Origin: Atractiella rhizophila
Lineage: Eukaryota
Length of the DNA stretch: 32,914 bases
Assembly (NCBI GenBank): GCA_021432655.1
Contig: MU271679.1
Location: 1-32,914 of the forward strand
Direction: 5' to 3'
The position numbers and the translations under genes were made by a program. Shown in pieces: positions 20,098 through 32,481 of this stretch (positions are counted from its first letter, which is position 1; each line of letters opens with the position of its first letter). The notes beneath the pieces are model-generated. The model worked only from the letters and a program-made list of their open reading frames with translations. It searched no databases and was not told the origin of the DNA.

Positions 20098-22779
20098 ATC
20101 TCTATTGCCCTGCTGTCAATCGCTTATGCTCTTAGGTGCGCGTTTGCTGTCTATTCTGAATTGGATGAAAGACTGATTTCGAATAGCTCAAACACAGTGT
20201 GGATTTTTCTTCAATTTGCAACTTCCGGCCTTGGACATCACGCTTTCTACGGGACAATTCAAGTCGTCATTGGAATCACTGGGTATGTTAGCGCATTCAG
20301 CTTTTCTTCTCAGCTTATCAGATGAGTTAGGTCTGTGTGTCAACCTTTTGTAGCCAAAATTGCAGGTAGGTGTGAACGGAAGTTTTGGGCGAGGATTCGG
20401 CACTGAACATAATAATAGATGTTGGCACACGTCCCGTAGCTCTGACTTTCAGTGAGTCCTCTGTCGTTCTACAACGTAATCGCTCACATTGTTGTGCTCA
20501 GCAATTGTGCTATTTGCTGTCGGGTTTGTCATCGTTGCTGCAAGTCAGACCGTACAGCAGATTGCAGGTGGTAAGCGATCAGCGCAGACAAACGGCAAGG
20601 TAGATTGACATTTTCCCAGGGGAAGTGATATACACTGTCGGGCAGAGCGGTTTATCCCTTCTGCAAACTATTATCATTGCCGATATCACGTCTTTGCAGT
20701 GGAGGGCCTTTGGTTAGTTTGTCTGAAATGATGTTCCTTGATTCACCTCATTGCCAGCCAACGGTCTCGTCTCCTCCCCTTATATTTGTGCGTCACTGCC
20801 ATCATTAGTCGAATTGTCCGCTGAATGAAGGGATTTACAGTGTTCGCGTTTATCTCTGGGTACATTAACGACGGTGTGTAGTGTAAACTCTTCCAAAAAG
20901 TCTACCCTGACCAGGTTTTGCCAGGAATCGGTTTGCAAAACTGGAGATGGGGTATGTCCTTCATTCTCTATATCAAGACAATGGCTTACATGTTCTGTAG
21001 CCTATGGGATGTTTGCCATCATTGGTGGGTTTGAACCAAATGTACCCTTCTATCCGACTAATGGCCAGGAACAGTTCCTGTCGTAACAATTCCTGCCATC
21101 GTAAGCCATCAAGAACTGACGCTTCATTGGCTCATCCCCTCCTTTAGGTCATCCTTTTCTGGGGAGATTATAAAGCGAAACGTTTGCTGCCACCGAAGCC
21201 GAAGAAGCATGAGCTCTACGTTCCCGCTTTGCGCTACCGATGGATCGACCTGATATGGCACTATTACAACGAGATTGACGGGTTCGGGTTGGTCCTCACT
21301 GGATTTTCTTGGGCATTGTTACTTTTGCCATTCACACTATCGGCTACTGCGGACCATGGGTGGAGCAACGGTAAGTGAAGTATAGCCAGGCAATGTCAAG
21401 TAGGACTAAGGTTCTCCATAGCTTCGCTCATTGCAATGTTTGTAGTCGGCGGCATCCTCCAAATCGCATTCTTCTACTGGGAAGTGAAAATTGCTGCTCA
21501 TCCACTTCTCACACCCCATGTTCTCAACAGAGCATGTCGCTTTTCTCCGAGTTCTCCAACACGCACTTACCTCAGCCGTGTATCACAGAATTTCTTGATC
21601 GCCTGCCAGGCAGAGATTATCACCTACTTGGCGTCTTACCTTGCAGACACCTACTATCTCAGCTGGGTCTATGTGATTAAGGATTGGTGAGTTTGCCAAG
21701 TTCCTCGCACGTTCTGAACTGAGCAGATTTGTCACAGGTCGACAGAAAACTACACTTACTTCTCGGTACGGCCATCCTCTTTTCTTTTCTTAGCAAGCTT
21801 ACCTGCATCTAGAACATTTTGACAGTTGGACTTTGTCTGTTTGGACTAGTCGCGGGTATTATAATGAGAATTCATAGACGTTACAAAGTAACTTTTTCTT
21901 CGTCAAAAACCTGATGCTGATTTGGGACATCAGTATCTCCTCGTAGCAGGACTCGCTGTTCAAGTCATGTAAGTTAAATATGTTTACCTAGATCAAGTCT
22001 AATAATGGGTACTCAGCGCAAAAGGCATTCAGTTATATGCTAGGGATGAGAATGCAACGTTCGTATCTTTAACTTGTGTATAGCACAAACGACTAATGTT
22101 GTTGAGAAGGGACGTCGCTTTAGTTTGGAGTCGCATCCTGAACTCCTTAAGTGGAGGATTCCTCACAGTCTGCAACATTGTAAGTTACAATTTTCTGCTA
22201 GCAGAACACCTCCTTGATGGAGAACTTCAGTCAGCAGCTCAAGCATCGGTACCGCACCGCTCTCTTGCTTCTTCCCAGGCAATTCTCGCTTTATACACCA
22301 AACTGGGTGGATCCATCGGCAGTGCCATCGCTACCGCTGTATGGACGTAAGTTTTCGTGTTGTTTGATGAAGTTGCATTGACGAACAGAGGCCATCAGCG
22401 ACAAGATGCCTAAGAATCTCGCCAAGCAGCTCAACGGCCTAGCGAACGCAACAGAGATCAACGAAATCTACAACAGCATTACTGTCGCTCGGTTCTCTGC
22501 TCCAGAGATTCGGACTGGGGTGATTCGGGCATATAATGACACAGTCTATCCGTTATACCTTTCGACTTTGATCATCTGTCAGCATCTCTCTTGTTTTTCG
22601 AGACCTGGACGAACTGATAAAATGCAGCCTTCATCCCCGTCTTTTTCGCTCTTTTCATGACCAATTACTACCTGGACGGTCGTCAAAATGTCGCCGAAGC
22701 AGGCAAGACCGAAAAAGACACAGAGCTCTGGGACGATATCAAGTGGGCAAAGAAACTGTTGACGAGATCAGAGAAGTAG
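20098..22779 (+). pseudogene. Siderophore-iron transporter, 5'-truncated copy (no promoter, ATG or first ~80 codons)
   Basis: Begins late in exon 1 (ISIALLSIAYAL). The remaining exons, splice sites and stop (22777-22779) appear intact. Confidence 0.85.
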
Positions 22780-23257
22780 CGATTCAGCCGTTGTGTCCTT
22801 AGAGATTGAATAGAGGGGTAATTGGATCGGAAGATATGGGTCCTGTAGAATGGCTGATTCTTTTTACAGAATGGTCTCGTTGAGACGCTACGATGTTATG
22901 AAATTTCCAACAGCGCGCCAAATATTCCAATTTAAGAGATGGCTCGTCCTCAACCTAAGCTCTACTACTCGCTAACGTCACGACGCATTGCCCAAGCTTT
23001 CTATCCAATCAGTCAACAGCTTCCCATGATCCCCATCGTTTGAAATCCGGATCAGGTTCGCCTCCCGTTTCCCACGCCGCGAAGTCAAGGTAAGGCGTAA
23101 CAAAGCTAGCGGAGAAGCCGACATCCATGGCCATCGCATTTGCACCATCCTTGTCTTCACAGCGCCCTTCACCGATCGACAGCTTCTTCTTCATTGGGTG
23201 AGCTGTATGCCTTAAGAATTGGTGAAGTTCTCGAATCCATTCAGTCGAGCTAAAATC
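20098..23257. repeat. Segmental duplication unit B, copy 2
   Basis: Direct repeat of 16939-20100. Confidence 0.95.
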
Positions 23258-24391
23258 AGCCCAGAAGGAAACAATCCGAAAAGTCATCTTCGGCTTGGGA
23301 GTGGCTGCATGATCTCGAACTCGTCTCATAAACTTGAAGACCTCTTCAATGGGTTGAAAGCAGTAAGAAAGCTTGAGCGTGCGCAATGTCCCCAACTGTA
23401 ACGACGAGAGAAGATGTTGACTGACTAAGCCGGATTCCTCGTGTCCCGAATCGATCTCCAAGTCGGCAAGACCAGTGGAGGCAGAAAGCGCACTATCGCA
23501 AGGTTTACAGAATCGACCGCACAAAAAACGTTTTGCGAGTTCCTCTGAACTTCCATGCAAAGCGTATTTTAGAACAAGGCCGCGCAGCTCCTTTTGCCTT
23601 TCGAGGAAATCATGGAAGTATGTTTCTGAAAGAGTCTCCGGCCAGAACGAGTTGAGGGTGAGGAGGTGCAGGGGAGCAAGTTTGACCTCGATGCATCGCC
23701 AACCTTCGGATGAGACCCGGCAGCTATTAAGCTTCAAATTCTTTATTTTCCTCTCCGACATCCGCCTCTCATCTCCTCTCGAGTCAACTATCCCGTCCGA
23801 CAATAACTCCACCGACGACGTAAGATCCCAGCCCCAGAGCTCTAGACAACTTGGCACTTTCTTCAACCCCAATAGAGCCAAAAGGTGTTCTGTTCTCCAT
23901 CGAAGCTGTGATGATTGAGCAGTGATGGAGAGGTGATGAAGACGGCGGCTTTTCGACAGAGCGCGCGTAAAAGCCTTAAAAACACTCTCATCAGTGGGAG
24001 GCTTCGTCTTCAAGATGAGTCCGCTTAAGCCAGTGAGACGAGGCAGGAGGGAGGAGATGCCATGGTAGCCCAAAAAAGAGAAGGTATCGTCATGAAGAAG
24101 GAGTCGCTGTATCGTTTCCACCCTGAAAAGGCCAGGATAGGACGCGATGACGCGGAGGATATAAGGTGACGGAGACTGATGTTTGAGGTAACGGCGTAGA
24201 GGGAGGTTCCGGTCCGTGTTGACCATGTCACACACTAGGTCGTTCCAGAATCCACAGACGCTCCTCAGCGCCAGCACAATCTCAAAGAACTCCCGATACG
24301 AAACGTGACCATCCTTCTTGTGGATCGTCGATAGACACTCTTTGAAGATGACGATGAGGAGCTCTTTGGGCAAATCAGCAATGGACGTCAT
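23009..24391 (-). CDS. F-box-like protein with probable LRR/RNI-like body, intronless, 460 aa
   Basis: The N-terminus IADLPKELLIVIFKECL...LALRSVCGFWNDL fits an F-box motif. LxxLxL repeats follow (LTGLSGLIL, LHHLSI, IKNLKLNSC, LRGLVL, LRTLKLSYC). Confidence 0.8.
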   Translation of the reverse strand: MTSIADLPKELLIVIFKECLSTIHKKDGHVSYREFFEIVLALRSVCGFWNDLVCDMVNTDRNLPLRRYLKHQSPSPYILRVIASYPGLFRVETIQRLLLHDDTFSFLGYHGISSLLPRLTGLSGLILKTKPPTDESVFKAFTRALSKSRRLHHLSITAQSSQLRWRTEHLLALLGLKKVPSCLELWGWDLTSSVELLSDGIVDSRGDERRMSERKIKNLKLNSCRVSSEGWRCIEVKLAPLHLLTLNSFWPETLSETYFHDFLERQKELRGLVLKYALHGSSEELAKRFLCGRFCKPCDSALSASTGLADLEIDSGHEESGLVSQHLLSSLQLGTLRTLKLSYCFQPIEEVFKFMRRVRDHAATPKPKMTFRIVSFWADFSSTEWIRELHQFLRHTAHPMKKKLSIGEGRCEDKDGANAMAMDVGFSASFVTPYLDFAAWETGGEPDPDFKRWGSWEAVD

Positions 24392-25751
24392 CGAACAGGT
24401 CTATCCTTCGCCCATCAGCTTGAGCGTTCGAACGTGGACTATACAACTACCAGGACAAATTATTATTATGAGGCGCTGAGATGTGGCAAGTTGTTCCTTT
24501 TCAATGCAATACAAACTAAATTTCGTAGCCTTTCTTTATTGCCGACTCGGTGTAAGGAACTTCAACGAACGGTAGCCGCTCCACCCTTGGATTGAATAGC
24601 TTACAGCTCAATATTACAGATGTTACTGTGTGAATGTAAAGTCTAACACGGATATACCAAAAGGAGGAGCTCTCCCTAGGGATGTCTAAACTTGAGTGAG
24701 TCTGTAGAACATGAATAGCTTTGCACCAACAGCAGTCGTCGATGCATGTTTTAACTTTAACGGTGTAGAGTCTGTGTTGAATACCGATGCCCACCGAGGT
24801 ACAGAGGCCAAAGTGACTTCCTGATATATATGCGATACAGCGTCACGTCCTCATTCGCTCTTTGAAACACCATTTGTCTCTGCTTTCCCAAATATTACGT
24901 GACTTGGAGATAAGGACAGGGTCTCTGAAATGCGAGCTCTCCTGTGCCACTCTTGTACTCGATTCAACACTCAACCAGTCCTACGCTGTCAGCATGCTTA
25001 CTGGCAAGGATATTGAAAATTGCGCTCCTCAAGCGCATGACACCATATGAGAGCGAATGATTATAATATCCCCATGTCTCATTTTGACACTCAAGATGGA
25101 GGAAGAATGCAACCTGTGCCTACAACAAGTCAACACGACGTGCCTCATTCAGATGACGATTTCACGTTTTGAATATTTCGAGATAGCAAATGAAAGGTGA
25201 GAAACGAGTGAACCAGCAGAAAAAAGCCATTGCTTTGTTTTCGAACTTGATTTCACCTTGCTTATACACAAGATTACCTTCAGCATCGTAGCAAAACTTG
25301 CAGAGCACAACTCTGCAATTCAACAATTCAAGCCGTAAAATTTCTCAACACTCCCTTCCAAACTAGCCCAAAGCGAACGAATAGACTCACGCTTTGAGAG
25401 GCACCGATCTCGCAAACACGCCACCTTGCACTCCCGACCTTGATGCTGTCCAAACCGAAGAAGCTCTCTAATTCCTGATAGCGACAATGAGCGTTCCTCT
25501 GCCTAAAGAGGATCGCCGACGCCGATCGAGGGTGGAGCTGAGTTGATATGGAGAAATGAATGCCCCGCCTGTCACGACAGCCGTTCTCCTGCCTCGTGGC
25601 GTGAATCCTGCCAACGAGTAATTCCACCACCGGCTTAATTCTTGCTTAATTCTCTTCTGCCTTGAGGGCTTCTTACGACTTTACGAGTTCTTATACTTGG
25701 GAGCTGCCCAGTATTCAATATTCAATCTAGAGATAAAGATCGTTGTTGAAA

Positions 25752-28700
25752 ATGTTGAGCAAGATCTTCACCGGGTCGAGTTCCAACGCGGGAACGAATC
25801 CAACCACCACCTCTCCTTCTTCCAAGTCCACCGCGACTCCTTCCACTCGTCCTTCCTTCACACTACACCGCCAACGGCACTCAAAGACCTCCAACGAGCT
25901 CTCACCCTCCGCCTACTTCACGCCCACCAGCCCCTCGAACGCCCATCCGCACTCGCTCGCCGCATTCGACCAGCTCCTCACAAAGGGAGACACGAAACAT
26001 ATTTCCCTTTCGAACGAGTTGGAGGACCCGCCGAGCTCGCCTGAGGTGTTGAGGGAGGTCGAAACTCCGAAAACCGCGACGTCATTTGGTGTGGGTGTCG
26101 GTGTGAAAGAAGGAGGAGGCAGCCCTTTGTATAATCTGTACAGTCAGAGCCAGAAGAACGTGTCCAGTCTCAATTCTTCCGCGAAAGGGTCAGTTCTCTC
26201 TCTTTTCTTCTACCTCTATGATTGGGTGTTGAGTAACTCAACGAGCTGTTTGTGAAATGACAGCAAGCTTTCCTCACCTTCGACGCCAAATCTTGCCTCT
26301 CCACAACAATCCTTTATAGATCACCCACCGCCTCTCCCTCCACCGTTGCCCTCCAAAGGATCGTCTTCTACATACTACGACGCGGAAGAAGATATGGACC
26401 ACCGCCGTTCCATCTACCGCTCCCCAGGCACCGCGTCCTCTCCCGACCTAAAAACGCTGATCAAGAAAGCCAAAGCCTCACCCAATCCATCCCCCATAAA
26501 CACGCCCAACGTCAACTCGAATGCTGCCTCCCTGAGTCCGAGAGAGAAAGAGAGGGATGGGTATTGTCACAACACAGAGAAGGAAGATCCGATCTCCCAT
26601 CGTTCCAGCTCACGTCATCCACCACCACCACCCCGTCCTTCTTTTCAAGAGAAAGAGAAGGAGAAGCAGCCACCCCTCCCTGTCCAGCTTACAACCGAAA
26701 CCGAAATCGAATAGACCGCCGATCCAACACGAACCCTCGACCACGACCCTCAACTCTTTCGTCCTCGTCTCCCTCCTCCACCCGCAGGCGCCGCTCCACC
26801 GAACCATCCGCACCCGAGCTCTCACAGCTCTCACGCGCACGCGCACGTCCAAGTGCCCTTTCCGCCTTCTCCCTCCGCCTCGCCCGTCCCTGGACAAGGC
26901 ATGCGACGCGGAAGCGGGAGCGGGAGTGGGAGTGGAAGCTTTGATAGAGGAGCGGGAGGAGCGATGGCTATGGGTAGGTTTAGGTCGCAGTCTAGTCAGG
27001 GCACGAAGGTAAGGCTGGTGGGGGTGGAGGGGTGGAGGAGGAGGAGGAGGGTGGGAGGAGGGAGAGACAGAGTAGTATGGGGAAGAAGGTGCGTGGTTTT
27101 TCTTGGTATGGGCTGTTTGTGTTGGAGAGAGAGGTTTTATTGTTGCTTGGATTACACTGTTTATGTTCTCAAAGAACGAGGATCGGGTTAGAGATGATTT
27201 GAGCCTATCCTCTTTATGCACCTCCGGGCGCGGCGCCAGCACGCCTCATGTAAATGGTGAACGAGCATGCTTCAGATAGGAGCAAGATTGACGAGAAGCG
27301 CTTTTGTTTTGTCTACTTTGGCTCTATCTGGAGAGCGAGCACCCCAGTGTCACGCTTACCTCACTTTCTTTATCTTGGATTATCTCAGGCCATATGCTTT
27401 GTGGTTCACGAAGGCAACTGCGTATAAGAGGAAAGACCCAGTGCGGAAGGTGCAGAGGAAGAAAGGAAACGGGCCCGCTGTTGGAGCTCGATCATTCACA
27501 GAGTGGGAGCCACACATAGGGCCGTCTGTTCCTTTTCCACCTGTGTGCTTCTGACCACGGTGTGAGCATGAACGCTTGGTTCGCCGATGTGCGAAGAAGA
27601 GTGAGGCAGCTGAGAGAGTGAAGGAGAATGTCGTCCTTCGAGGCGTGATTTCTGATCGTCCGTTTTGTGCTTTCCCCTCGCTCCTCCTGTGCACAAGGAA
27701 GCATGTGCCTGTGTGACATGGGAGTACGCGATCTTTCATTTGACAGGGGTCGAGACTTTTGTTGTCAGTTTGGTTGACTCCACTGCTTCGCTGCCTTGCG
27801 CGTGCCCAATTGTGTCGTCACAACCGGCATGGAAAGAATCATCTGCAGGCTGCTGACTTTCATCCGTTTACGACTCCTACTGATCGCAACAGTTTAATAA
27901 TATTATTTCAAGAGGAGAGATTGCAAGTCTCGTCGAGCTATCTGGCCTGATTGAGCTGCTCCGAACAGAGTAATTGACTAATGCGCTCTGTGAACAGGGC
28001 TTCCAGAACACCATGCGGAAAACATCTGGTTTCTTTCGAAAGCGTTTTGGACCGTCCCAGTCTCCATCTGCTCAGTCCTCCCCTACAACAATCCACACTA
28101 CGTCCTATCCGCCTAGCGCGCCATCCTCTCCGCCACCAGTCCCCTCCGTACCTCATACCTATCAGAATACCTTGAAGAAGCCGCGCCAAAACCATTCGCG
28201 AAATTCTGGCAGCATCGAACGCCTTGACTCTCCCGTCTCACCTTCAGCCGCAAGGGAAGGCCGTCATCTTTCCCCTCAAGACAGGCGACGGTCCATGTCG
28301 TTCAATTCTGGAACAGCTTCAGCTTTATCGCAACTCCTCAACAAAGTCGCCGCTGGTGGTTCATCAAATCTCGAGTATAAAGCGAGGGACGAAGAGACTT
28401 TCAAACAGGACGTTCAGAATTGGGAGGACGATTTAGATGACATTTTCGCCAAGATTGGAAAGAGCTATGTACTCGAGAATCAACGGAGTAGCTTTACTCC
28501 CCCGGTTGCACGAAATGTGCGAGTGGTCGAGAGTGCACCAGTCACTCCGATGAATGATAGCGGTGAGAGAGGTCGAAACAGAGCGAGTCTCGATCAGGAA
28601 CGGGAACGAGTAGAAAGCGGGGGCGAGCGGCGTCGGCCAGCAGTTTGGGATCAGAAGTGGAATCTTTCGCCTTCTCCAAGCGCTGGCAACGTTAACAACC

Positions 28701-31700
28701 TGAGTCCAACAACAGCGGGAGGGCTCTATCGGAACAAGATCCTAAGCCACAGCACGTCGGCTCTCCCCACTAGTGGCAGTTCCAGCTCTGTTGGCAGTTC
28801 CAACACCGGTCTCGGTATCTCTGGTGTAGATGGTTCTGTCGAGGATCCTGCCAACGTACCGCCGAGCATCCGGCTCGTACCCAACAGCCCTCATACTCCC
28901 CTTCAGAATGGAGATTCCGGCAGCGATCCAGACATGATCAAGAGGCTGAGGAATGAGCTCAGGAACACTTCAGCGCAAGGTTTGGGTAGCCCGTCTAGCA
29001 AGAGGTTGAGCTATATTGGAGCAGGTTTAGAGCCAATTCGCGAAGCTCACTCAAGAGAAAATAGTGTTGCCACGCCAACAAGTCTAGTCATACCTGGAGA
29101 GGATGGAAGACGACCGTTCCCGCCAGACAAGCGGAGAGCATCAATGATCGAAGCCTCACCCTCGGGTTCACCAAAATTTGACGTCCCCACCATCACCCAG
29201 TCCCCCGCTTCCGCTCAACCAAGCTCTTTCAAGATTCCTCCACTGCCTCCAAACCGCAAAGCAACTCGTTCATCGATATCCGGATATCCTACTTCTCCTT
29301 CCACAACTCGATCAGCGTCTGCATCCAATAGCTTTTCGACATCAGTAACATCCCTCGAGAGCGATAAAGCGAAGCGCGATTTAATGGAGGATGAGCTCAA
29401 ATTTGCGGGCAACCGCAGTGCCAGTCCCGGAGGGACATCCTTAGAGGATAAAGCGAGAGAGTTAGCATTGAAAGCATGGCATGAAGAAGAAGGGTTCTTG
29501 AAGAGAGAGAAGATTGCCGAGTGGTTGGGCGGAATCAACAGACTCAATAAAGCTGCCTGTACGGCATATCTGGAGCTTTTTGATTTTGCAGGATTAAGAA
29601 TGGATGCGGCTTTCCGGAAACTTTGTGAAAAGTTGTATTTGAAAGCGGAGACCCAACAAATTGACCGCATCCTGGACGAATTCAGCAAGAGGTATTGGAA
29701 TCAAAATCGTGGATTGATATACGGCTCATCGGGTACGCTCCGTTTTCGGTGATTGGTGAATGTCTGACTTTACGGACAGATATCGTTCATGTTATTGCTT
29801 ATTCGCTGCTAATGCTGAACACTGACCTCCATATTGTGGACTCGCCGACCCACATGTCCCGCGCCCAGTTTATCAAGAACACCATGTCAGCTATCCACAG
29901 TCATCGGTCTCAATCCATCAGCCGTAATGGAACGCCAGATCCCGTTTCTGGGAGCAATCCAAGTGTTTCTGCGTTGGATGACGACTGCAGCGTCCATACA
30001 GGAGAGGAGGTCAGCAACATCCGTCGATCATTAGAAAGGCTGAAGGAGACAATCGCGAACAACCCTGCTTCAGCTTCTAAGGTCAGATCGCAACGGACAG
30101 GAAGCATCGGCAGCTGGCAAACTCCCCCTCAGCTCGAAAGTCCAGAAGCTTCTTCGGTTCATCTCCCTACTCGCAAGGGCAGCGGGACAGTGAATACATC
30201 ACTACAGGACTTAAGACATCGCAGAAGTGGGAGTTTGACTAGGACTGGCGCTGCTGTGCGCGATCGATGGTGGGACGGTGAAGTAGAAACTTTGCTGAAG
30301 GTTAGTTGTTCCACGCGCTCAATAGAGTTCCTGTCTGAAGGGTGTCCTCATCCAGGAAATGTATACCGCTGTGAAGTCCCAACCCATATTTATGATCGCC
30401 AGCAGTTCCAATCTTCTGCTCCCTGACGCTCGTACCTCTATGTCTTTGACTTCTGGCTCTCCTTACGGCACTTGGGGAGGCGTGACCCGTTCAGGGAGCC
30501 GTCGGAGCGCAAACTCTTACGGCACGGACCGCAACAAACGGACCAGTCTTCGAAATTTCGGAAATTTCCTTGGTCCAGGACACGAAATTGGTCGACCAGC
30601 GAGTCCAGCATTCAGTTCTTTCAGCGATGTTAGTTCTTTCTCATCCTTGGACTAGAGTTAAATTTATTTTATGTAGGAAATGGGAGACACGAACGCATAC
30701 TCCGCGCGTCAACCTGCTACAATAGGTTTCGCGAGCAATTTGACGACAACGATTATTCGCGAACAGCAAGAGGATGACGCTGCCTCTGAGAGTGGCCAAT
30801 CGATCACTGAAGAGGAGCTGGCCCTCATGGGAGCGCCGTGGGCAAAGGAAGGTCTTCTTCACCGGAAGCACTACTGGGAGAGTACCAACAAACGCAGCAA
30901 GGACAAGAACTGGACCCAGTGTTTCGTCGTCATCAGCAAAGGCGAAATGCAGATGTTTAAATTCGGCGAAGGGGGTGGAGGAGGAATGTCGTCTGCAATG
31001 GGTGGTGGTAACTGGCTTGTAAGATCATTTTCGTTGTTTAAGTTCAGTGACCTGATCTCGATTTTCAGACCAATGCCCAATCGCTCGGAGACATATCTCT
31101 GATTCACGCCTTATGTTCAGCGCTCCCGCCTCCCGGCTACAGTCGCGACCGACCGCACGTTCTTGTCCTCACCTTGAGCAACGGTGGCTCCTACTTCTTT
31201 CAAGCAGGTACCGAAGATCTAGTGAACGAGTGGGTCATGACTTGCAACTATTGGGCGGCTCGACTTTCGCGAGAACCGCAGGAAGGTGTCAGTAATCACG
31301 AGTATGGTTGGGGAAGGGTAGACCTGGATCGTGAACCGCAGGAGGAGCACATAGGGCGACCGTCAAGTGTCAAGAGTGGCAAGAGTGGCAAGAGTCGTAA
31401 AAGCATGTCGAACTCTGGTCATGTCGGCGGATTTTACAATCCAAACGACAAAATTGTCATTGGGGAATGGAAGCCGCCGATTATTCCGTTTACCAAAACA
31501 AACCTTGAAGAAGACGAACAGCTCGAAAGTCTGAAACGTCATCTTGCTACTATGAAAGTGGATTTGGACAAACACCAAGAGCTACGTGGTCCCATGATGC
31601 GTCTGGTATGCCAAAACACCTTGTCTTCACAACCGTGTTAATATGGGCCTAGTTTTCACCTCGATCGCAAAATGGCCAAAAGGCGCTTGCTAATTGGGAG

Positions 31701-32282
31701 AAGAAGTCCAAGTGGCTCCTTGCCGAGATCGTTAAATTCGAGACATATATCGAAGTCCTCGAGCGTTCTGTCAAGCTTCGCAATAAGAAGAGGGACGAAA
31801 AGCGCGTTGAAGAGTTGTTGAAGGTTGCGGATGCGGCTGATGACGCAGATGCAGCCATGGCTATGGAATCTCAGCGGGAGCAGGATATGGAGGAGGATTA
31901 CGAACTCGACCCAGATAAAACTCTTGAACAAATGCCTTCGACTCAATATCGTCCTAACTCCAGGACATCTGACCCGCCGCGATCTCCGACATCCCCTCGA
32001 GAACCTATGTCTCCAATTTCTTCCACGGGCGCTTATCCTCCGCGCACCTTTACTCATCCAGAGCAATCATTCCAACGACAGTCCATTGGACACCGAGAAC
32101 CGGTTTCTCCGCGAGAAAGGGAATCAGAACCAGGACCACCCCGTGAGCGTGAACGCCCACCTCCTCTTGGACTTGCTGTCAAACGAAGCTCTGCGATGAC
32201 AGGCAGTACTGTAGCGAGTACAGTCGACGAATTCTTCGATTTCAGCCCTCAGAGCGGGAAGTCGAGCTTCGATAAAGCATAA
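25752..32282 (+). CDS. Sec7-PH-coiled-coil ARF guanine-nucleotide exchange factor (EFA6/PSD, Syt1/Yel1/Syt22-like)
   Basis: Sec7 domain FDFAGLRMDAAFRKLCEKLYLKAETQQIDRILDEFSKRYW...YSLLMLNTDLH with the catalytic Glu present. PH domain WAKEGLLHRKH...NWTQCFVV...FQAGTEDLVNEWVMTCNYWAARLS, then a C-terminal coiled coil. The 5' exons (25752-~27088) are joined by inference, and their frame is interrupted as given. Confidence 0.88.
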
Positions 32283-32481
32283 ACCAAATGATAGCTTACA
32301 GTTTTGGGCCTTTGAGTTGATTTATCGATTTTACAATTAATCTTATGTTCACCTTTTCTTAGCTTGTACCGTCGTTGCATTGTAGGTTTTATGCCATTCA
32401 TTTGAAATAATTGGGTATTTATCAATCATGAACATCAAAAGCCAAATCCTTTCGGTGTAAGCTTTATGCTCCAAGACGCGG

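Noticed and set aside
24516..25630. Small ORFs between the F-box and GEF genes
   Set aside because: They show no domain or coherent exon chain, so I treated the region as divergent intergenic/UTR sequence.
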